Of a DNA stretch of 64,000 bases, positions 41,211 to 54,982 are shown one piece after another. Under the pieces are notes generated by a model. The model saw nothing but the letters and a program-made list of their open reading frames with translations, did no database searches and was not told the DNA's origin. This stretch comes from the human T2T-CHM13v2.0 reference genome, Homo sapiens, in the NCBI RefSeq assembly GCF_009914755.1, contig NC_060943.1; one strand, written 5' to 3'. The position numbers and the translations under genes are program-made. How positions within the stretch are numbered: position 1 is the stretch's first letter; every line of letters starts with the position of its first letter.

Positions 41211-42899
41211 CATGCCAGCTTTTTATCCTTTAACTAACTTTTTGAATTTTAGGGTTCCTGATAGTTTAAGTGTGTTGAGTATACTCTCACAAATAGAATT
41301 TGAGTCATATTTCTCTCTCTCTAATTTCTCCAAAATCTGTAAAGTATATGTAAACAGTCTAATTCATTGCAATGTATTCATTTGCATACAGTCAAGCAGG
41401 GTTGCCAGGGTTGCTCAGGGAGAGAGAACCCAGAAACCTGGCACGCCGGCAAAAGGGTAAGAATTTCTTACCAGTCAGTCTCTGGCCTCTTTCTTTCTGT
41501 GCAAACTGGTTAAATATAAAGTAGAAGTCACTATATATCTCCTGTGTAAAGTTCTAAATTAATTGGTTTAATAATAATAAAAGCTTAAATCAAACATTTT
41601 GTCAGAAAAGTGAAAAATATAATGCGAACTTTCTTAGTTCATTTGACTTGAGTATTCTTTGGGAAATAAAGACAGTTTTAAAAATTATTGGTGAAATACA
41701 ATTGTCTTCAAAATGTAAACGTGGTCTAAATTACGTTTGAATACTAGGTTTGCTAAACGCTTTAAGGTCATAAACTGCTTCTTTGGCTTTTGAAAATTAT
41801 TTAACTTGCCTGCTTTCCAGCTAGTTAAGGCCTGGGGACATGTGGAGTTGGCCACACCCTAGCTATGCTGGAAACAGTCAAAGGTTATCAGAACATAACT
41901 TAAGAGGTTTTACATTAAAGTTAAAATTGCTTAAAGTCACCACTGTAACATGCGGTTAAGACTACTAGAAATAGTTTTACATGCAAGGTGTGTAAAAACA
42001 GTAGAAAGTGTTTTTTCAGTTTTTTTTTGTTTTTTGTTTTGTAAAAGGTTACAAAAGATTTTTACTTCTTTAAAACTTCTCAGTCATCATTTTGGCAAAA
42101 TAAATAATTTATGGTAATCTGGAATTCCAAAAGCAAACTTTAGTTTTAAAATTGTCTTTCCTAATGCCCGGCTTTTTGGATGAATCAGAGGGCCCCTGAA
42201 AACATCCAGAAAGAAGGTATACAGGATTATTTGACTTGTTTACGTACATGGGATTGCCAAAATGATGTTCAATCTTCTTTAGGTTGTATTTTTGTGAATA
42301 ATACTAATGTATGTTCCAAAAAAATATATGGGATTTCTAAAATTCTAATGTCTAAGTATATGCTATCAATGATAATTATGGTTATTATGTTAAGTTATTA
42401 TAAATCATAGAAATAACTTGTCAGTGCTACGTACCTAATTTGGAAAATAAACTGGTATCAAAGAGGATATAAGTCTAATGTTAATTAAACATGGACTCAT
42501 GAAAACCAGGATGTCCACCTTGTCCTTCGTGAATCCTTAAAGCTTTTGTTTCTAAAAGTTATGCATTCCATGACTCATCACGGAAAAGATAAAATAATCC
42601 AAATTAAATACATTGGTGCAATGACTTACAAATTGTTTAAAATAATTTATAACCAGTGCTTAATCCCATATTACTGGGAAAACAATTAAAGCTTCAGGTA
42701 CATTTGGTCACCTGATGGGCCATTTAGACATTTTATAAAGGGGTTTCATTCAATTGTTATTTTCAGTGCATGTTTTCTAGTTGTATAAAAGCTTTCCCAT
42801 GCAAGAGGGGTGATGTTGTAACAGTAGATTATTATGCTACAGTGTATTTTTACCGGGTAAAAAAGCTTTTTATGGCTTACATCTTCTAGAAACAGCAAA

Positions 42900-43870
42900 G
42901 AAGGACTGTCCTTGCCATCCACACTACAACAAAACTTCAGGACCTTGGACTTTGAGTTCATAGTCTCACAATTGAGAAGGGTCCCTCCACACTTTTGGAG
43001 CTGTGCACCCATTGGAACCCTAGAGGTAAACCTAACCAGGGAAATTTCTCCCAAGAAGAAGATGGCATCTTTGATGTGAACAGCTTTTTCAAATTCACAG
43101 ATTAAGACTTCTACTATCATGAAATTCTTATCTTTGAATTTTTTTTTCTTATGGGGTGTACTTTTATTTGTGAAGGATTTTGCAGCCAGCCTTATACATG
43201 GGTAACCTTGTACTTTAATAGATAAAATATGAAGGCCCAATGTAGGTAAGAAACTTTAATCATACATGCACTGCCTCATAATCAGTCAAAAACAAAACAT
43301 TGGTTTACTCCTCTTAACCCACATCATGGGTTAAAGAGAACATTGCCAGAAGGCCTTCACTTTTCTAAAAGGGCATCCTTTGTTAGGTCTTTTTTCCATG
43401 GTTTAAAGTAAAGAAGCAAAGATAAGAAATGTAACCCTCATGATAGGTTCTATAGCAAATTCTACTGTAAAGGCTACAGTTACACAACAGACTTTAAATT
43501 CTCTTGTGAACGTTATGCTAAATAATATAATTGGCTAAACAAAAAGTACCTATGCAGCTGCTGGCACTTATGGCCTATGGAGAAATACATCAAATGAAGA
43601 TTATAGAAATTCAGTGGTAGAGAATTAATGAAGAGATCACTTAGTTAGGTAAGTAAATTCTTTATCCAGCTCATTCTTTGATCTATTTGATGTTAGGAGG
43701 TTTGGTTTATGGGAACCTTGGGTAAGGAGCATACTCCAAACTCTTGGTACTATCCTCCCAATAGTCATAATAATAGTCTCCCTGGTGCATTGTATTCTCT
43801 CAAAGGTTTTTAATGCTTGCATTTGGCCATCTCCAGAATGTCATACAGTCTCTCTTCAACTGGAATAACA
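42900..43870 (+). pseudogene. degenerate integrase C-terminus and env TM remnants of the MER51 provirus
   Basis: IHTTTKLQDLGL*VH/SQLRRVPP..WSC.PIG (IN tail); HGLKR cleavage-like site; ASFVRSF fusion peptide; TLNSLVNVMLNNIIG* (ISD-like); WVRSILQTLGTILPIVIIIVSLVHCILSKV anchor; stops and frameshifts. Confidence 0.75.
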
Positions 43871-44230
43871 GGAACTGAAAGAAATGTGCAACCATGAGGA
43901 CACCATAACCTATAAATGATGTGCTGAGATTGGAAACTCAAAATCATGGTAACTGAGAGTGATGCTAAGGCCCTAAATTTTGGTCATGCTCTCACCTAAG
44001 TGAAAAATGGGGAAATTTTTAAACAAAATTCTGGGAGGCCATTGTTTTGGACTAAGCTCATGCACTAGGCCACAACAAACCAAACTGAACAAAAATGGAG
44101 TCACTCATGCTGACTTTAAGGAAACACATAGATTCTAAAACAGACCAGGTTTTGTTTTTTCTCCTGCAAATCTCTATGACAAACATTTCTGACAAAATAG
44201 GTATCAACCTCCTGAAGTTCCCATTAAATC

Positions 44231-44514
44231 TTTTTTTTTTTTTTTTTTGAGATGGAGTCTCACTCTGTTGCCCAGGCTGGAGTGCAATGGTGCAATCTCC
44301 ACCTCCTGGGTTCAAGTGATTCTCCTGCCTCAGCCTCCTGAGTAGCTGGAATTATAGGTGCCCACCACCATGCCCAGCTAATTTTTGTAATTTTAGTAGA
44401 GATAGGGTTTCACCATGTTAGTCAGGCTGGTCTCAAACTCCTGACCTCAAGTGATCCACTTGCCTCAGCCTCCCAAAGTGCTGGGATTACAGGCATGAGC
44501 CACTGCGCCCGGCT
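44231..44514 (-). mobile_element. AluS
   Basis: reverse Alu; TSD CCCATTAAATCTTT. Confidence 0.92.
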
Positions 44515-45732
44515 GCCCATTAAATCTTTTAACCGAATCCATTTCCTCTAGCATAGAGACCATTGAGCTTCAGATGACTGTGCAACAAGGTTTCAGCCAG
44601 TTCCAGGTGAAGGCACCACCCCTGGCCATCAGGAAGCCACCCTGCCTCCACTAGACAGAGTAAGGTGAGAGTTCCATGATCTCCAACAGGTAGGGACTAT
44701 GCCCCAAGTCAGCATGAAGCAGTTAGAGAAGAAAGACCTTCAGTGCCTCTGCCTCCCATGAAGACTTATGGGGATCATTTCTCTCAGCGGGGAGATGAGG
44801 CAGGAGAATAGGGTCTGGAGGCAGGGAACCTAAGGTTGTTTCACACCTGACTTCCTAGAACTAATTTGAAAGGAAAACCCTAACTTTCCATGCCTAAGTA
44901 ACAAAAGTACCAGAGGCTACTCCCTTTGACGTTTTCTGCAGGACAGATGGGAAACTGGCTGTTCTAACAACAAATCAGACTGATTGCGGGTTAAATATTC
45001 ATTTGCAACTTTGTAACTTCACTCCACAACCTATCAGACTGACTGCAGGCCGAGTCTTCGTTTGCATGGAAGTAGAACTTTGTAATTTCATCCTAGCCTC
45101 TGATTGGTTGCTTTGTGCAACCAATCAGATGTTTGCACAGGAGTGTGACCTTTGTAACTTCACTTCAGCCTGTGGTTCATGCTGTCCGCATCCAATCTGA
45201 GACATGAGGTGAACATAAAGTGGCCAATAGGAAACTTCTAGGGGGTATTTGGACCCAAGAAGATTCTGTATCCGAGCCCTTGAGCCCCTGCTTGGGTCTG
45301 CTCCCACACAGCGGAGTGTACTTTTGTTTTCAATAAATCCCTGCTTTTGTCCTTTTGTTGCTTCATTCTTTCTTTGCTTTGCTGGGCGTTTTAATTCTTT
45401 GTTCAAAACACCAAGGACCTAGACAACTTGCAGTCACCACCCTCTCCTGGTGACAGCTCTTCCAGTCAAAATGATTGAAACATCATTTGCCTTTAAATAT
45501 CCTATTCATTTGGCAAGCATAGAGTGGACGCCAACCATGTAAGAGACACGTTGGCTCTGGCGTGAAAATGTAGAAACGGTCTCTGCTAGCAAGGGGCAGA
45601 TAGGTTCATGAGCGAGACCGGATTACAGAGCATAGCGAGTCAGATCACAGCTGGCAGGAGGAACAAGAAGGAAACTCACAAGACAATGCATGGCCAATCC
45701 TACACTCAAAGATGAGGCAAAGCTTCACTGGT

Positions 45733-46294
45733 ATCTCAGTCCGTGCGTGCTGCTATAAAGGAATACCTGAGACTGGGTAATTTATAAAGAAAAGAGGTTG
45801 ATTTAGCTCACAGTTTTGCAGGCTGTACAGAAAGCATGGCGCCAGGATCTGCTTCTGGGGAGGACTCAGGCTGCATCCACTCACAGCCTGAGGGGAAGAG
45901 GAGCTGGTGTACGCAGAAATCACATGGTGAGAAAGGAAGCAAGAGAGAAGAGGGAGGCATCAGGCTTTTTTTTTTAATCCTCTACATTTATTAATTAAAA
46001 ATAATTTCAACTTTTATTTTAGACTTAGGGGGTACAAGTGTATGTTTTTTAATATGGATATTTGCATGATGCTGAGGTTTGGGGTATGGATGACAGATCA
46101 CTGAAGCAGACTTTTTAACAACAGTTCTAGGGGGAGCTAATACTGTGAGAAGTCACTCATTATTGCAGGACATCACCAAACCACTCATGAGGTATCCACC
46201 CCATGACTCAAACACCTTCCATTAGGTCCCACCTCTAACACTGAGGATCGAATTTCAACATGAGGTTTGCAGGGTCAAATATTCAAACTCCAGC
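45733..46294 (-). mobile_element. MST (MSTB-like) MaLR LTR with nested L1P 3' fragment (~45967-46108)
   Basis: GCTATAAAGGAATACCTGAGACTGGGTAATTTATAAAGAAAAGAGG..CAACATGAG; insert flanked by CAG(G/A)CTTTTT. Confidence 0.85.
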
Positions 46295-46639
46295 AACCAG
46301 AACGAACTGGAAGAAGTTACCGCTGCTCTCAGTCAAGCCCAGAATTCCTGTCCCATGCAGACTAAGCATTTTCACACAGATCTTTCTAAGTCCTTAGGTC
46401 ATTAGAGGAGTAACATTCCCTCTGGCTGAAAGGGAGACATCACCAGGAGGTCCCTCAGCCTTTTGCACAACTGATTGTCCAGGAGCTCTGTCCTGTTCTG
46501 ATAGGGGCTGAGCTGAACCCTAAGGCTCAGGATTCCGGGGAATAGCACCACCCAGCCGGACCTCCCCAGGGACCCCAGAATCTACAGTGACTCAGACCCC
46601 TGTACAACCTGGAGCTTGCACATCTATTTTTTTCCTCTC

Positions 46640-47950
46640 ACTTATCTGTTCACTGGGTCAATCAGTCCTTCAACAAACATTTACTCAGCCATCACTGCTC
46701 ACCAGGCACAGAATAAAAGCAACACACAGGACCAGAGTATGGGCCTTAGAGACCTGCCCGTCTACAGTGCAAGTTTCTGCCAGGGACATGGGAACCCAGG
46801 TATTGAAAAGGGCCTTGTGGATGCTTTATAGAGATGAGAGATGGAACAACTTTGCATTTCCAGAGGGCCCTGGGCTGAGGCCACATCTGCAGACCTTCCT
46901 TGAAGTGAGCAAGCAAAGTTGCTTGCCTTGGCTTCATGCCTGACGATGGCCCCTCTGTGGAAGGCTGCATGCTTGGACTCAACCCTGAGTCTTGGGAACC
47001 ACTAGAGGAAGAGTAACAGGAGGTGGAACCCAGGGATGGCCACATGCAACCTGTTTGTCCCACCTCATGCCTCTTCCCAGCTATGGGTCCATTCAGTCAT
47101 TCACTTATTCCCATAAAACCATACACTACATTTCTTCAAATTTCTTATGGGCCTGAAGCCCCCTTAATGCTCACCAAACATTTAATGATTTTTTTTTACT
47201 CTCTCAGAAATTAAATATGAACATAACGATCGTCACTGTTAACTATTGTCCTCAAGAAAGTTCCACATTTCTCAGATAGATAAATTTTACATTATTACCA
47301 CAAATGGGCCATACAATGCTTGCAAAGTGCCAAGAGAAGTCTCTGGTCTACAATGGTGCCAGCTCTCTCTGCATGTTGGCACTGAGGAATGAAGAAGGAG
47401 CTGGAAAATATGCAGGAGCAGACCCAGACAGAAGTCAACAGGCCAGGCTGATTGGAGGGGAATGTTGGCGGTCTGAAAAAAACCAATTCTTCACCCCCTA
47501 CTTTTCTTCTTCCTTTCTCAATATTTAGTCTCCTTAAGGAGCAGTAGGAGGCCTAGGTGAATAAAACCAGACATAGTGAATGCAGTAGAAGGAGACAGTC
47601 TTTAGTCCCAAACTAGAAAGAGCTGATAGACAAGGTAGCGATCTCCCTTTCCCTGGAGGAAAGCAAGCAGATAACAGACAATAAACAGTTGATAAAGCTA
47701 TAGAACAAATTTAAGCAAGAGAAGGACTTTAAGGGAGAGAAAAAAAAATAACATTGCCAAGGCATCAACTATCAGGAACTCAGCTTGGCCTTTGTATATT
47801 ACCTTATTTAATACCCACAACAATGCTAAGGAGTGTATCACCATCTGCATTCGCCTAAGAAGGAGATATAGCTCAGAATAAGTAACATATTCCAAAGTCA
47901 CAAACTGGATGTGGTTCTGACTCCAAAGCCCATTCTCTTTTCATTATGGT
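46640..47950. mobile_element. cluster of L2 and MIR fragments
   Basis: TTCAACAAACATTTACT, CATTCAGTCATTCA, CCAAAGTCACA motifs; boundaries approximate. Confidence 0.5.
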
Positions 47951-48488
47951 CACTGGCTCCCTGGAGGGGCAGGAACAGTGCACAGGAGTCATTTGTGCAT
48001 TCAGCAGATGTTTGCTGAGAGTGAAGCTACTATGCTGGTGTGAAGATACAAAAATGATTAAACCCCTGGATTATCACATGGAATTCCAAAATTTTGGAAG
48101 GCAGCCTTGATGCCTAGGGAACTAATTGCATAGATTGGAATCCATAGGCCGGCACCCCTCCTTCTGTTCCTGCCCATCTGCCCCAAGCCTGGGTGGCCTA
48201 CATCAGTACAGGGGCGTCCAAAGAGCAGGTGCTGGCTCTCCTGTGCAATTCACCTCTCCCAGAAGCAGTATTTCCCAAAGTGCATTTCTCAGAAGAGTGG
48301 GGCTGTGTGTTTTAGACTAAGAGCGTTCTCTGGCCCCAGGTGTTTGGGAGGCCTGCAGGATGCACTCATTATTAGAGGATCACAGTGCGTGCTAAAGCAG
48401 GAGAGGGTCTGCCCCCACCCACGCTGGAGCTGGCTCACTCATTCACGTCTCAGAGGGCTCTGCTGCTCTCTACAGAACAAAGGCTTTC

Positions 48489-48806
48489 AGCCCAGCAGGT
48501 GGCTCATGCCTGTGATCCTAGCACTTTGGGAGGCCCAGGTGGGAGGATTGCTTGAGGCCAGGAGTTTAAGACCAGCCTGAGTAACATAGTAAGACCCCAT
48601 CTCTACAAAAATTTTTTGTTAAAATTAGCAGGGCATGGTTGCACACGCCTTTAGTCCCAGCTACCCATGAGGGCTGAGGTGGGGGGATCACTTGAGCCCA
48701 GAAGGTTGAGGATGCAGTTGTCTGTGATTGAACCACTGCACTCCTGCCTGGATGACCCTTGCCCCAGCCTGGAGCAAGACCCTTTCTCTAAAAAGAAAAG
48801 CAAAAG
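48489..48806 (+). mobile_element. AluJ
   Basis: Alu body; TSD AGAACAAAGGCTTTCAG. Confidence 0.9.
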
Positions 48807-49744
48807 AACAAAGGCTTTCAGAATCTTTTGGACTGTGGCCCAGAGTAAGGTATAGATTTTACACTGCAACTCTATACAGATACCACACACACACATACAT
48901 ACAGATGAAGCCAAAGTTCAGTGAAACAATACTTGCCTTTACTATGTGGGTTGCATTCTAACCGTTTCTATTTGGTTTTCTTGTAATACTGAGTCATGAC
49001 CCTCTAAATCAATTTCATGGCTCCACAGTTTGGAAAACACTCACCTAGAATACAAGAAGTCACTTGAGCTGATTGCTAAACTAGCCCCACTCTGAATGAG
49101 AGGGTCGAAAAACTGACATGAAACTGTGAACCAGGAGCCTCAAATCCCAGCGTCACTGCTTTTGGGTTGTGTGATCTGAGTCAGTGGCTTCTCTTTCCTG
49201 AGTGAATGTGAAAACCTAATGGTATCATTTAGCATGGATGCATGCTAGAAATACACTGGAAATAGACGTCACTCAAGTGGCGTTCTCAAGGAAAATTTAA
49301 CAAAGGGACTGTCTGAATCATGTGTGCAGGGTTAAAGCAAGGAAAAGGAGAGGGAGCGTTTACTAGAACCTGGAGTGAGAGCTGTGAGAGAAGGTGCCCC
49401 ATAGGACACAGGCAGAGAAGAAGCTTGGTGGTAAATACCCTGACCCCTTCTCCTTCCTCCCTGCAATCTCCTATTAATATTTCCATTAACCAACACCAAC
49501 CGGAAGCCAGAGGGCAGAGGGGTCCATTGTTGAAATCCTTACAGGTCAGCTTCCTGGCACCCCAGCAGAATGAAGAGTGGAAAGTGGATCAGGAGGGCTG
49601 AATGGAGAAGAGTCCTCACCCCAGTGATGACAGCATAGTGAGGGACAGTGTTTACTGTGCTGCCTCCCAACAGCCAAGTGCCATTCAGAAAAGTGGTGCC
49701 CTCACTCCTACAGCCCTTACAGTTTGGAAGTGTTTCCCATCCAT

Positions 49745-50068
49745 TTTCTTTTTTAAATTTTTCTCTTCTTTCTTTCTTTCTCTCCTTCCTTCCTTCCTTC
49801 TTTCTGTCTTTCTCTCTCTCTTTCTTCTTTCTCTCTTTTTTTTTTTTTTTTGACTGGGTCTCACTTTGTTGCTGAGGCCAGAGTACAGTGGTGCAATCTT
49901 GGCCGACTGCAACATCTGCCTTCCGGGTTCAAGCTATTCTCATGCCTCAGTCTCCAAAATAGCTGGGTTTACAGGTGTGCACCACCACACCTGGCTACAA
50001 TGATGCCATTGCACTCCAGTCTGCGTGACAGAGCAGCCTTGTCTCAACAAATAAATAAATAAATAAAT
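49745..50068. mobile_element. head-to-head fused Alu fragments with CT-rich tract
   Basis: reverse right arm ~49836-49997 joined to a forward 3' Alu piece ~49998-50068 with (TAAA)n tail. Confidence 0.85.
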
Positions 50069-50179
50069 AGGAAGAGCCTCAGGGTTGGCACTACAAGGTG
50101 TAGACATGGATCAGGCTGAGGGTGGAGAGTCCTAAGGGAAGGCATGGGCCCCTGACATCTGGAAACTGGTCTGACACTG

Positions 50180-50631
50180 ACAGCGAGACCATGTTCTTTA
50201 TGCTAGACATACCTGATCTCACAGAACACCTACATCAAGTGAGGTCACTAGACAAAAACAAAATCACTGTGCAGCCCTCCTAAAAACCACCACTCTTGGT
50301 AAAAAATGAGTGACTGCTACTTCTTTACCAATTACAGCCTTGTCCTCGCTCTAGTCTGCCCTTCCTGTCTATAACATTTATCAAGATACCAAACTACAAC
50401 ATCCTTCTCGCTTTCTGTCAGTACCCAATCCATGGCAAACGTCACCTTCTTACACCCTCCTCAACATTACCCAACCAAAGCCCAGACTCTAAAGCTTTCA
50501 TCAATATCTTCTTCCTGAGATGCCCCACTACTTTTCTGTGGAGAGCATCCTTCTTCACCATATCAAGTAATAAACCCAGCTGGCCAACTGCAGGTGTGTT
50601 CCTGGTGGTCTGTGACTGGAAGACAGTGACA
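50180..50631 (+). mobile_element. old ERV LTR (family uncertain)
   Basis: AATAAA at ~50569 followed by CAGGTGTGTTCCTGGTGGTC..TGACA terminus. Confidence 0.6.
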
Positions 50632-50639
50632 TTCAGAAA

Positions 50640-51162
50640 TAAGGGAGTTCAGAACATGTTGCCCCCAGATCTGCTGCTGTAGAATATTGACTATTTTGAG
50701 TTAAAAACGGATAAGAAAACAGCAGATGAAAGAAGACCACTCTGATCTGTTTCTTAAAAGCAAAAAATAATTCCCATGTGAAGAAGGCACTCTGTACCAG
50801 AAGCAAAGTCCCACTCCCATCAAGGATGGGGAATTGAGACCAAGAAAAATCTGCACATACAAACCTTGTTAGACTCACCCTTATCTTCCTGGCCACTTCT
50901 CCACCCAACTAACCATGTTAGCCCAAGCCCCTTTGCCTTGTCACATTTTCATAATGCACTACCCTTTGTCCAATTCACTATGTGTTTACTGTAACTGCCT
51001 TTTTGGGTCTTCATTTCCTTAATAAGGCCCCCGTGTCACATAAAACTTGTGTGAAATAAATGTGTATGTTTTCCTTTCGTTCATCTGTCTTATGTCAATG
51101 TAACTCGCAGGTGCAGCCAAAAATCCCTATGAGGGTAGAGGTGAAGTTGTGCCTCCCCTCCA
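50640..51162 (+). mobile_element. MER34-family solo LTR
   Basis: AGGGAGTTCAGAACATG..TATTGACTATTTTGAG..AAACAGCAGATG start; AATAAATGTGTATG; ..CTCCCCTCCA end. Confidence 0.75.
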
Positions 51163-51425
51163 ACAGCAAGGATCCAGGGCAGGCCCATGGAGGGTTGGGA
51201 TCTGGGGACGAGCAGAGGCAATAGCCCTGCTCTTCTGGGTAGTGGGGGATCCCAGGAAAGCCACTGAAGGCAAAGGTCCCAGGCCTGCTCTGGACAGGAA
51301 AACAGAGGGCTTGCCCAAACACCATAACAAATAGAACAAAGACCTTGCAGAGTCCAGAATTTACTTCAGAAAAGTTTATTTTAAGCAAAAAGAACATGAT
51401 AAAACTACAGTTAAAAGAAAAAATC

Positions 51426-51900
51426 CAGCTGGGCATGGTGGCTCACGCCTATAATCACGGCACTTTAGGAGGCTAAGGGAGGATGACTGTTTGAGGCTAG
51501 GAGTTCAAGACCAGACTGGGCAACATAGTAAGACCCCATCTCTAAAAAAAATTTTTTTTTAATTAGCCAGATTGCTGATCTGTAGTCTCAGCTACTTGGG
51601 AGGCTGAAGTTGGAGGACTGTTTGAGCCTAGGAGGTTGAGACTTCAGTGAGCCAAGATTGCACCACTGCACTCCAGCCTGGGTGACAGAGCAAGACTGTC
51701 TAAAAACAACAACAACAACAACAACAAAAAAACCATAAAAGAAAGAAAAAGAGAGAGAAAGGAAGCAAGGAAGGAAGGAAGATATAAAAAAGAAAAAGAA
51801 AGAAAGAAAAGAAAAGGAAAGAAAAGAAAGAAGGAAAGAGAAAGAAAGAAAGAAAGAGAAATCGATCGAAAGAAAGAAACAAAAAAGAAAGAAAGAAATC
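51426..51900 (+). mobile_element. AluJ with (CAA)n and (GAAA)n tail
   Basis: Alu body to ~51701, then ~200 bp simple repeats. Confidence 0.9.
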
Positions 51901-53699
51901 CATCTAGTAGCTCTGTGTTGGGGGATTAAAGAGACAAATACTGGTGGCTGGGAGCCCAGTGAGGAAGCTGTGGGGAGGAAGTAAGTACATTGGGATGCTC
52001 AGAGACTACCCCAAGACCCTGCTTGGAACTTGGAGTCTTTCTCTCCTTCATTCTCTGCAAACTCAACGTATTCCTTTGAAGCAGAAGTGAAAGAACCTAA
52101 GCAGCTCCAGTTCTCAGAATTGCTTGCTGCTCCCAGAATGCAGCTGCCTGTCTCCTTGCTCCTGGCCAAAAAACACCGAGAGGAAGGCACTGGAGAGCAG
52201 ATAATTCAGCTCCTCAGAGAAACACTACACACAGATGTCAGAAGAGAAAATTAACCCAGAGTTTGTGGACTAGATTCTCCTTCAGTCATACAAGATGCAT
52301 GTCTAATTAATGGAAATGACTTTGGAGCAATGCCTTTGGTTTCATGAGGGGAAAATATTTGAGATGAAGGATTTGTCCAAATGTATTTTCTTGATGCCGC
52401 CTCCAAAGAACCTTGAAAAGGAAGGAAAACAAAATGCAAGCTAAGTGTCAGTGGTAACTGATTTGTAGCTTGTAATGTTTTATTAACAATATCTGGTTCA
52501 TCTGCTGTTGGGGAGAGAAACTTTTAATTCTAACTGGTACCTAACCAGTCCTAAGCAGGCTCTCTGAATACCTTACTTAGCACCTATGAAAAATGTCTGA
52601 AGCTTGAAGTACAAAAGACTAAATAGCAATTTGGAAGTTTGCTGTGCTTTAGAGTGAAGCCCTTTCCTGTCCTGCACAGACAAAGATGTCTGCTGGGTTT
52701 CATGAATGTTGCATGGCACGTGTAATTACGCTAGATAATCACACCTCACCCAAGCCCCGCACCTGATGATGAACAGGCTGTGGAAGGCTCTGTCTCCATC
52801 CTCATGAGGAATTATTCAGCACCTAGACTGTATTCCACTTCTGTTTGGGCCCATAAACATACATATTTATCAAAAGCTTTTGCAATTCTGACACCATCTA
52901 CTCTAAAACACTATCTTATTTGTGGGTAATCAGCACCTCATGAATATTAGATTTCTCCCTTAATTTCGCTAGCGTGGCTTTCTTTTTGGCAGGGAAAGGT
53001 CAGGACTCAATCAGGTGAATGTTGCTAAGAAAAAAAAAAGCAGAACAAATTCCTGCTCTGGGCAGGAGGATGCTGTGGGTCAGGGATGAACGGGCCTCCT
53101 CCCTGTTTTTCTTCCGCCCTCTCCTCGGTTCCCAGCACTCCCCTGCCCCCACCACCCTGACCCAGCCTTCCTGTCTCATGGTCCAGAGATGGCTGCGTGG
53201 TTAAATGGCTCATCACTGAATAGAGGTAAAGAAGTATCAAAGGCATGAGTACCTGTATGTCAGAAGAACTCAGAAACAGATGATGGGCGAGTTGCCGGGA
53301 GATAGCTGAGCCTTGTACTGAGATCGTGAATGGAGATACATCTTCCTGCTCCCATCTACAGCTCGGAAGACCCAACCTTACATCCCAGTCCAGTCCTGGC
53401 TCCTCAAGACTCCAGACCCACGGAGAGGTGGCGCTGATGGTGAGACAGCCAGGAGGATGGTTTCTACAGTAATAACCCACAGAGTGCTCAGAACTCATTC
53501 CCCAAATCAGCCACTTTCAAATCAGAAACTAGAAAGAGGGAGATGGAATAAAAAATAAAGGAAGGTTGAGATAATCACACAGCTGGACCCTGGGAGGCAG
53601 TCCATGGGCTGGGCAGTATCTCAGTAAGGTTTAGGATCCAGGGTCACATCTGTGAGGCCTCCACCCCAGCCCCCCAACCTTCTATCCAGCCAGCCAGCC

Positions 53700-54200
53700 T
53701 TTAATTCATTTGGCTATCACTAAGTGAGCACCTACAATGTGCCAGACATGGGGCTAAGCACTAAAAGTGCAAAGACAAGCTGGACAGTGTCTAAACCTTT
53801 TAAATCCATTCATTCATCACTTCTTCAGGCGTGTACTGTCTCTACTAGGTAACAGATATTGCTAGCTGAATTTAAGGCAAAGGGCCAAACAGATGTGGTC
53901 ACCATCCTTTCATAAAGCACAGTCTTCACGGGTGGACATATGTTTATTTTGTGTTTATTTGTTTGAAGATCAATTATAAATTGAATAAGTACTAGAGAAG
54001 CAATACACTGAGTTTTGTAGCAAGAAAAACAGGAAACACCAAATCTAGCCTGGTACCTTTGTGGAGCCTGCTCTGAGGAGGTGAGCTGAGGTGAGGAGTG
54101 AGGGACCAGGTCCAGGGGCTGAAAGAACATTCTAGGCAGCAGGGGCAACCAGGGGAGAAGACCCTGACTTAGGAAGCACTGAACGCATTCAAAGTGGCAC
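53700..54200. mobile_element. L2 fragments
   Basis: GAGCACCTACAATGTGCCAGACA; AGAACATTCTAGGCAG. Confidence 0.6.
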
Positions 54201-54204
54201 TGCC

Positions 54205-54476
54205 ATCCCTACACTTTGGGAGGCCAAGGCGGGTGGATCACCTGAGGTCAGGAGTTTGAGACCAGCCTGGCCAACATGGTGAAACCCTGTCTCTACTAAA
54301 AATACAAAAATGTGCTGGGCGTAGTGGTGCGTGCCTGTAATCCAGCTACTCAGGAGGCTGAGGCACAAGAAACGCTTGAACCCGGGAGGCGGAGGTTGCA
54401 GTGAGCTGAGATCACGCCACTGCACTCCAGCCTGGGCAACAAGAGTGAAACTCTTTCTGCAAAAACAAAACAAAAC
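54205..54476 (+). mobile_element. AluS (slightly 5'-truncated)
   Basis: forward Alu body with (CAAAA)n tail. Confidence 0.92.
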
Positions 54477-54662
54477 AGGACAAAAAGAAACACACAAAGT
54501 GACACTGCCAGAAGGCCAGGGGACTGGGCAGAGTGACAAGGGAAAGAGAGATGAAAGATGGGGTGGGAAGGCATAGGGAATGAGTAGGGGCTTTCCTTGG
54601 GGTCCAAAGACCCCACCAAGGGGTCCACAAATAGAATTCGGTGAGTCTGTGAAGGTGGATAA

Positions 54663-54982
<320 letters not shown>

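Noticed and set aside
43320-43870. Possible domesticated (syncytin-like) env
   Set aside because: SU largely absent, CX6CC motif degenerate, several stops and frameshifts
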